Below, piece after piece: positions 25,828 to 30,700 of a stretch of 30,700 bases of DNA. Both the position numbers and the translations under genes were made by a program. The stretch is from positions 1-30,700 of the IMG/VR virus record IMGVR_UViG_3300030708_000884. The stretch is one strand, 5' to 3'. The notes beneath the pieces were generated by a model. That model did no database searches. It was not told the DNA's origin and saw only the letters and a program-made list of their open reading frames with translations. How positions within the stretch are numbered: position 1 is the first letter of the stretch; the number at the start of each line of letters is the position of its first letter. The DNA comes from a virus (lineage: Duplodnaviria; Caudoviricetes).

Positions 25828-26306
25828 GCCCTGCGCTTGCAACTGAAGACCCAACAGTTCAGAACAGCTCAAACCCTGTAGCAGCAGCTACGGGCAATGT
25901 AACCAATCAAGCCGTTCAGTTCCAAAACAACGGGGCACCATCTCGACAATACTTTGCTAACAATGTTAGCTGCAATGGTGCAACTATGCAACTTAGCCCG
26001 TTTTACATGGGCAATGACACTATTCCGCACGATCATACGGGATACGTGCGTAGTAACAACTTTGGTATGCAAGTTAATTTTAGCGTACCCCTTGATGGCA
26101 GCATGATTGAGCTGTGTAAAAGCATAGCCAGAAAGCATGAGCAAAAACTTCGCCTAGATTATGAGCTAGTCCGTGCTTTGAAATGCACTGAAATCATGAA
26201 AGCTGGGTTCCAGTTTAGACCTGGCAGCCGTGTTGAGGTGTTGTGTCACGATGTTGTACCTATCGTGTCCGTAAAATCTAAAAATGAGCAAGAAAAGAGC
26301 AAGTGA
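25635..26306 (+). CDS. Secreted hypothetical protein (start uncertain, possibly about 25785)
   Basis: Signal-like YLAVCLLSVSPALA, then SNPVAAATGNVTNQAVQ and four Cys in the mature part. The only canonical start lies deep inside the upstream gene. Confidence 0.65.
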   Translation: MVWNKRNPQWGYFKRFHNLFRNQRGRTVPTGDCRSGCGSRGINQHRRGHRINLHHYLAVCLLSVSPALATEDPTVQNSSNPVAAATGNVTNQAVQFQNNGAPSRQYFANNVSCNGATMQLSPFYMGNDTIPHDHTGYVRSNNFGMQVNFSVPLDGSMIELCKSIARKHEQKLRLDYELVRALKCTEIMKAGFQFRPGSRVEVLCHDVVPIVSVKSKNEQEKSK

Positions 26307-26523
26307 AGACTCATTTAACGAGCTTCACAACCTTATTACAGAGGAGTTCTTAGCGCGAATTAAGTCTGGCGAAGCAACCACACAAGATCTAAAAGCAGCT
26401 TGTGACTGGTTGTCCAAAAATGAGATCACTGGTGTGGCCGTTGAGGGTTCTGCTCTCAGCGGTCTTGCTGATATTATGCCCACCATTGATTTTGATGAAG
26501 TTCAAAAAGCAATTCGACGCTAA
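26284..26523 (+). CDS. Terminase small subunit (T7 gp18-like)
   Basis: RASEDSFNELHNLITEEFLARIKSGEATTQDLKAACDWLSKNEITG; size and position fit. Confidence 0.8.
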   Translation: MSKKRASEDSFNELHNLITEEFLARIKSGEATTQDLKAACDWLSKNEITGVAVEGSALSGLADIMPTIDFDEVQKAIRR

Positions 26524-26801
26524 TGGGTCCTGACAAAAAACCTTATCACACTCTTAAAAAAAGTGCGAAGAATTACCGTACAAATGCAGCCGCTCGGCGT
26601 AACAAACGTCGTTACGATACAAAAAGAAACAAGTCGGCGGAAGCCACAGCCTACCGAGTCAAGCACACAAAAGCTCGTCGAGAAAGAAACATCGACGGCA
26701 AAGGCGGTAAAGACCTCTCGCAAACCACGAAAGGCACGTTCGTCCGCGAAGACCCTTCAAAAAACCGAGCAAGAAACCGGAGCAAGCTAACCATTGGCTA
26801 A
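26523..26801 (+). CDS. Basic protein, degenerate HNH-like
   Basis: Arg/Lys-rich; GKGGKDLSQT...EDPSKNRARN resembles minimal phage HNH-like proteins. Confidence 0.65.
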   Translation: MGPDKKPYHTLKKSAKNYRTNAAARRNKRRYDTKRNKSAEATAYRVKHTKARRERNIDGKGGKDLSQTTKGTFVREDPSKNRARNRSKLTIG

Positions 26802-26928
26802 CTACAAAAAAACTCCGCGAGGAGACGCTACGCCTGTTAAAAAGTTTAAGGGCGAGTACATGCCTGTACCATACGGTCCTAAACAAAAAGCAAAAGGCAA
26901 GAAGAAAAAGCGCAAGTACGCTGCCTAA
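26794..26928 (+). CDS. Small basic protein (44 aa)
   Basis: TTG start; MANYKKTPRGDATPVKKFKGEYMPVPYGPKQKAKGKKKKRKYAA. Fills the gap exactly, and its stop overlaps the next ATG (TAATG). Confidence 0.65.
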   Translation: MANYKKTPRGDATPVKKFKGEYMPVPYGPKQKAKGKKKKRKYAA

Positions 26929-27257
26929 TGACTCCGATGCTGCCTACTCCTGACCATTACTTATACAACCTCATAACCATGACAGCCCCTGAAGCCAAGC
27001 GCCTTTGGAGGCGTGCGATTAAAGAGCACTTTGAATGTCAATGCGTTTATTGTGGGAAAAATTATGAATTACATGAACTTACTCTTGACCACGTTCACCC
27101 TAAATCTCTGGGTGGAGAAGATCTTACGAGCAATTTGGTACCCGCCTGTACCCATTGTAATCAGGACAAAGGTAGCGACAACTGGTTAAATTGGATGAGA
27201 GCTAAATACGGCTTGAACCCAGACAGAGAACAACGTATTATTGACCACATCAACTAA
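26928..27257 (+). CDS. HNH endonuclease
   Basis: CVYCG...TLDHVHPKSLGGEDLTSNLVPACTHCNQDKG: a Zn-binding CxxC pair plus the HNH core. Confidence 0.92.
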   Translation: MTPMLPTPDHYLYNLITMTAPEAKRLWRRAIKEHFECQCVYCGKNYELHELTLDHVHPKSLGGEDLTSNLVPACTHCNQDKGSDNWLNWMRAKYGLNPDREQRIIDHIN

Positions 27258-27835
27258 TGCCTCCCCGTAAAAAAGTAAAAGGCAAAAAGCCTGAAGAAAC
27301 TATGCGGCAACGTCAACGACGTTTGCTGCGTGAACAACGTCAGAGGGCCGCTAGCAACCGTGTTAAGCAGAGAGCACTGCCTCCTGCTGGCGAATCTGGT
27401 GGCAGTAAGCCACCTAAAGGTACCAAAAAACCTGGCACTACCCGTAATACAGGCCCTGGACGCCGTCCTACGGCTGCTAGTAAAAAAGCAGGAGCCTCTA
27501 TGGGCTCTCGCGGCACAGGAGTAAGGATTGGAACTCCAGCTAAAGTAGGCGCAGGTCGTGGTGCTTTGAGCATTCTTAAAAAGTTTGGCCCCGCTGGTGC
27601 GGCTATCGCAGCTGGAGCAGCTATTGGTTCAGCTATGAAACGTTACTTGCCTAAAAATACTGGCGGTAGCGGTCGTGGATCAGGTGCCCGAGCTTTTGAA
27701 GGTGGCACAAACACGCCTAAACCACGTAAAAAAGAGAAAATGGGTCCACCAACTCCTGTGTACCGTAAAAGCAATTACAAAACTGCTGAGCAGTTTATGA
27801 ACGATCCTAAGTACAAGAAGAAAAAGAAAAAGTAA
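27257..27835 (+). CDS. Highly basic low-complexity protein (192 aa)
   Basis: K/R/G/P-rich; TAATG coupling at both ends; ends in poly-Lys. Confidence 0.75.
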   Translation: MPPRKKVKGKKPEETMRQRQRRLLREQRQRAASNRVKQRALPPAGESGGSKPPKGTKKPGTTRNTGPGRRPTAASKKAGASMGSRGTGVRIGTPAKVGAGRGALSILKKFGPAGAAIAAGAAIGSAMKRYLPKNTGGSGRGSGARAFEGGTNTPKPRKKEKMGPPTPVYRKSNYKTAEQFMNDPKYKKKKKK

Positions 27836-28224
27836 TGGCAGATAACAACATCCGCCGAACTAAACGTCCTACTGCAAATCAACGTCGAAGGTTGTCAGAC
27901 CTTTCGATTGACGCAAACGAAGAACAAAAACGTCGGCGTGATCGCAAAAGACAATCAACTGAAAGCAAGTTTAAACAAGCAAGACGTAAGCATCTTATTC
28001 GTGAACAAGGTTTTAAAGACCTCAGCAAACAAGCTGCTAAAAAAGGTAAAATCCGTAGGTTTGCTGGCATTGTTGGCCGCGCAAGTCGCCGTGCTGGTGG
28101 ACTTGGTCTAGCTATTTCAGCTGGTGAAGCTATTGGTACCCAGCTTAAAAAATCTAAAGTCCGTCCTACTAGCGGACGAGGCGAAGGACGTTCTTCTTTT
28201 AAACGTAAGAAAAAACGCCGCTAA
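27835..28224 (+). CDS. Highly basic protein (129 aa)
   Basis: Arg/Lys-rich; coupled to the upstream gene and shares a motif with it. Confidence 0.75.
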   Translation: MADNNIRRTKRPTANQRRRLSDLSIDANEEQKRRRDRKRQSTESKFKQARRKHLIREQGFKDLSKQAAKKGKIRRFAGIVGRASRRAGGLGLAISAGEAIGTQLKKSKVRPTSGRGEGRSSFKRKKKRR

Positions 28225-28236
28225 GCCCTCTAAAAA

Positions 28237-28275
28237 GCCTCTAAGGTACAATCCCACCAGGGACGCCTTAGAGGC
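28237..28275 (+). promoter_or_regulatory. Inverted repeat upstream of large terminase (possible RNase III site/regulatory hairpin)
   Basis: GCCTCTAAGG(28237-46)/CCTTAGAGGC(28266-75) with inner TCCC-ACCA-GGGA, followed by tandem GCCCCTTCTA x2 (28274-93). Confidence 0.55.
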
Positions 28276-28295
28276 CCCTTCTAGCCCCTTCTAGC

Positions 28296-30044
28296 ATGCA
28301 TACAGAAGCTTTACAGAATAATCTTAAGTCAGACTTTCGGTATTTTCTTACCGCAATCTGGTCACACCTTAAATTACCACCCCCAACCCGTGCACAACTG
28401 TGCATTGCAGAGTATCTACAACGAGGACCTAAGCGTCTACAGATTCAAGCGTTTCGTGGTGTAGGTAAAAGCTGGATTACAGCAGCATTTGTCTTGTGGA
28501 CACTTTATATTGACCCTGACAAGAAAATTATGGTAGTATCTGCGTCTAAGGATAGAGCAGACTCGTTTTCTATTTTTTGTCAGCGGCTTGTGCTAGAAGT
28601 TCCTTGGCTTGCACACCTCAAACCTAAATCAGATGACCAAAGATGGTCCAGGGTCTCGTTCGACGTCGGACCAGCTAAGCCTCACCAGGCTCCTTCAGTT
28701 AAGTCTGTGGGCATTACTGGTCAGCTTACTGGTAGCCGTGCTGATGTCATGATTTTAGACGACGTAGAGGTTCCTGGCAACAGCATGACAGAATTGATGA
28801 GGGAGAAGCTGTTGCAACTGTGTACAGAAGCTGAATCTATTCTTACGCCGAAACATGACAGCCGCATTATGTACCTTGGTACTCCTCAAACAACTTTCAC
28901 TATCTATCGTAAGCTTGCCGAGCGTAATTATAGACCCTTTGTCTGGCCTGCCCGAGTTCCAAGAAAGCTTGACAACTACGAAGGACTTCTTGCTCCGCAA
29001 CTGCAAGACGACATCGAAGGTGGTGCAAAAGCCTGGGATGTAACTGACCCTGACCGTTTTAATGATGACGATCTTATCGAACGTGAAGCAGCAATGGGAC
29101 GCAGCAACTTCATGCTGCAGTTCATGCTGGACACGACTCTCAGTGACGCCGAAAAGTTCCCGCTTAAAATGGCTGATCTTATTGTCACCAGCGTTAACCC
29201 TACCACTGCTCCTGAGTCCATTGTATGGTGTAGCGACCCCAAAAACGTTATCAAAGAAGCCCCAACTGTCGGACTACCTGGAGATTATTTCTACAGTCCA
29301 ATGCAGCTCCAGGGGCAATGGGATGATTACTCTGAGACAATCTGCTCTATTGACCCGTCGGGTCGTGGATCGGATGAAACGGCTGCAACTTATATCTCCC
29401 AACGAAACGGTTTCTTGTACGTGCACGAGATGCGTGCTTACAAGGACGGATACAGCGACAACACGTTACTGGACATTCTCAGAGGGTGTCGTAAGTACAA
29501 AGTCTCCAAACTTTTAATTGAGACAAACTTTGGTGACGGTATCGTAGCAGAGCTGTTCAAAAAACACCTAGTCCAAACCAAACAAAACATCGACGTAGAA
29601 GAGGTACGTGCTAATGTCCGAAAAGAAGATCGCATTATTGACGCTCTGGAGCCTGTCCTTAATCAGCATCGTCTGGTTATCGACAGGGGGCTTATTGACT
29701 GGGATTATAACAGCAACAAAGATGCGCCTCCTGAAGAACGTCTTCTCTACATGCTCTTCTACCAATTTTCAAGAATGTGTAGAGAAAAAGGTGCCGTTAA
29801 ACACGATGACAGACTCGATAGCCTTGCCCAAGGAGTTAAATACTTCACCGACGCAATGGCAATCTCAGCCAATCAAGAAATTGCCAAACGTAAATTTGAA
29901 GAATGGCAAGATCTAGAACAAGCGTGGAAAGACGACCCACAATCAGCCGCTAACCACATGGTTCTAGGCATGTCTTACAAACAAAGACAACAAGCCAGAG
30001 GTAAGACCAAAAACTCAGTCCCTACCTGGGTTTCTACCCGTTAA
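28296..30044 (+). CDS. Terminase large subunit (T7 gp19-like)
   Basis: Walker A AFRGVGKS, GSRAD, Walker B MILDD, YLGTPQ, and nuclease motifs IDPSGRGSDET and HDDRLD. Confidence 0.97.
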   Translation: MHTEALQNNLKSDFRYFLTAIWSHLKLPPPTRAQLCIAEYLQRGPKRLQIQAFRGVGKSWITAAFVLWTLYIDPDKKIMVVSASKDRADSFSIFCQRLVLEVPWLAHLKPKSDDQRWSRVSFDVGPAKPHQAPSVKSVGITGQLTGSRADVMILDDVEVPGNSMTELMREKLLQLCTEAESILTPKHDSRIMYLGTPQTTFTIYRKLAERNYRPFVWPARVPRKLDNYEGLLAPQLQDDIEGGAKAWDVTDPDRFNDDDLIEREAAMGRSNFMLQFMLDTTLSDAEKFPLKMADLIVTSVNPTTAPESIVWCSDPKNVIKEAPTVGLPGDYFYSPMQLQGQWDDYSETICSIDPSGRGSDETAATYISQRNGFLYVHEMRAYKDGYSDNTLLDILRGCRKYKVSKLLIETNFGDGIVAELFKKHLVQTKQNIDVEEVRANVRKEDRIIDALEPVLNQHRLVIDRGLIDWDYNSNKDAPPEERLLYMLFYQFSRMCREKGAVKHDDRLDSLAQGVKYFTDAMAISANQEIAKRKFEEWQDLEQAWKDDPQSAANHMVLGMSYKQRQQARGKTKNSVPTWVSTR

Positions 30045-30104
30045 CATCCGTAAGGGTGCAGTAAAACACGAGGAGTGGTGCCCTCGTGTGTGGAAAAAGC
30101 GGTC

Positions 30105-30139
30105 AAAGGAAGGGGAAGACACAATCTTCCTCTTCTTTT
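30105..30139 (+). terminator. Long hairpin after terL, possible terminator
   Basis: AAAGGAAGGGGAAGA-CACAA-TCTTCCTCTTCTTTT; only a short T tract. Confidence 0.45.
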
Positions 30140-30237
30140 CCAAAATGAGGTGAGGACAAAGTCCGAACCATTTTGCCTTATTCCTCCTACTCTAGTAAGA
30201 CTACTAGAAGCATCACATATATCATGTATCTTCATGT

Positions 30238-30700
30238 ATGCACACCGCTAAACTTATTTCCATTACCCCTGACGCAGAAGATCTCGTAGCCTATTGTGCA
30301 CGTGTATCTAACCCTGCTAACCAAAACAGCAAAGAGACAGCACCTCGTCTCCTTAGGTATCTCATCAAGCATAAGCACTGGTCTCCTTTTGAGATGGTGA
30401 ATATGGTTCTAGAGATCAAAACAACAAGAGCAGTATCAGCTCAAATTATACGTCACAGATCATTCTCATTTCAAGAGTTTTCCCAACGATATGCAGAAGT
30501 ACAGTCTATACCTAAGCCTCCTTGTCTTCGCAGACAGGATGCTACGAATAGGCAGAACAGCATTGATGACATACCGTTGGCTGAGCAGTATGCTTGGCAA
30601 GATCAGATCCAAGATCATTATGCTTCTTCTTACGCCCTTTATGACAGTCTTCTGGCATCTGGAGTAGCTAAGGAGTGTGCACGAGAGGTTCTTCCCTTAG
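30238..30700 (+). CDS. thyX: Flavin-dependent thymidylate synthase (3'-truncated by window edge)
   Basis: Translated by hand: MHTAKLISITPDAEDLVAYCARVSNP...HKHWSPFEM...AQIIRHRSFSFQEFSQRY (RHRx7SxR motif)...GVAKECAREVLP. Absent from the ORF track because it runs off the end. Confidence 0.95.
   Translation, partial: MHTAKLISITPDAEDLVAYCARVSNPANQNSKETAPRLLRYLIKHKHWSPFEMVNMVLEIKTTRAVSAQIIRHRSFSFQEFSQRYAEVQSIPKPPCLRRQDATNRQNSIDDIPLAEQYAWQDQIQDHYASSYALYDSLLASGVAKECAREVLPL

Noticed and set aside
30041-30235. 64-aa reverse-strand ORF after terL
   Set aside because: Wrong strand, no motifs, and it coincides with a hairpin-rich spacer.
1-30700. Repeated phage RNA polymerase promoter consensus (T7 or Syn5 type), tRNA genes, integrase
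   Set aside because: None could be recognised by eye; a motif search and tRNAscan would be needed to exclude them.

Overview
This window is the late (virion morphogenesis) half of a T7-like marine cyanopodovirus (Autographiviridae type, P-SSP7/Syn5-like gene order). All credible genes are on the + strand and tightly coupled. The order is: 3' end of a class I ribonucleotide reductase alpha gene and its short ferritin-like beta subunit; two pre-portal genes; portal; scaffold; an accessory island of very basic micro-ORFs, a secreted beta-barrel-like protein, a probable glutamine-II (Downstream-peptide) riboswitch with its LTYRGV peptide and a Cys-rich mini-protein; major capsid protein and a T-phi-like terminator; tail tubular A and B; three internal virion proteins; tail fibre genes; a cluster of membrane/secreted proteins; small terminase; HNH and basic proteins; large terminase; a hairpin-rich intergenic region; and the 5' part of thyX. 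Several real-looking ORFs are missing from the supplied track (4267, 4428, 4936, 5521, 24639, 26794, 30238). The most interesting signals are: the riboswitch-peptide cassette in the head operon; a mini-protein whose N-terminus mimics the capsid N-terminus; two clusters of protamine/histone-tail-like proteins flanking the capsid and terminase genes; an apparently circularly permuted M15-like peptidase on an internal virion protein; a tail-fibre adaptor domain inserted into tail tubular B; and an RNR beta lacking the radical tyrosine. All calls come from motif recognition and synteny; no database searches were run.
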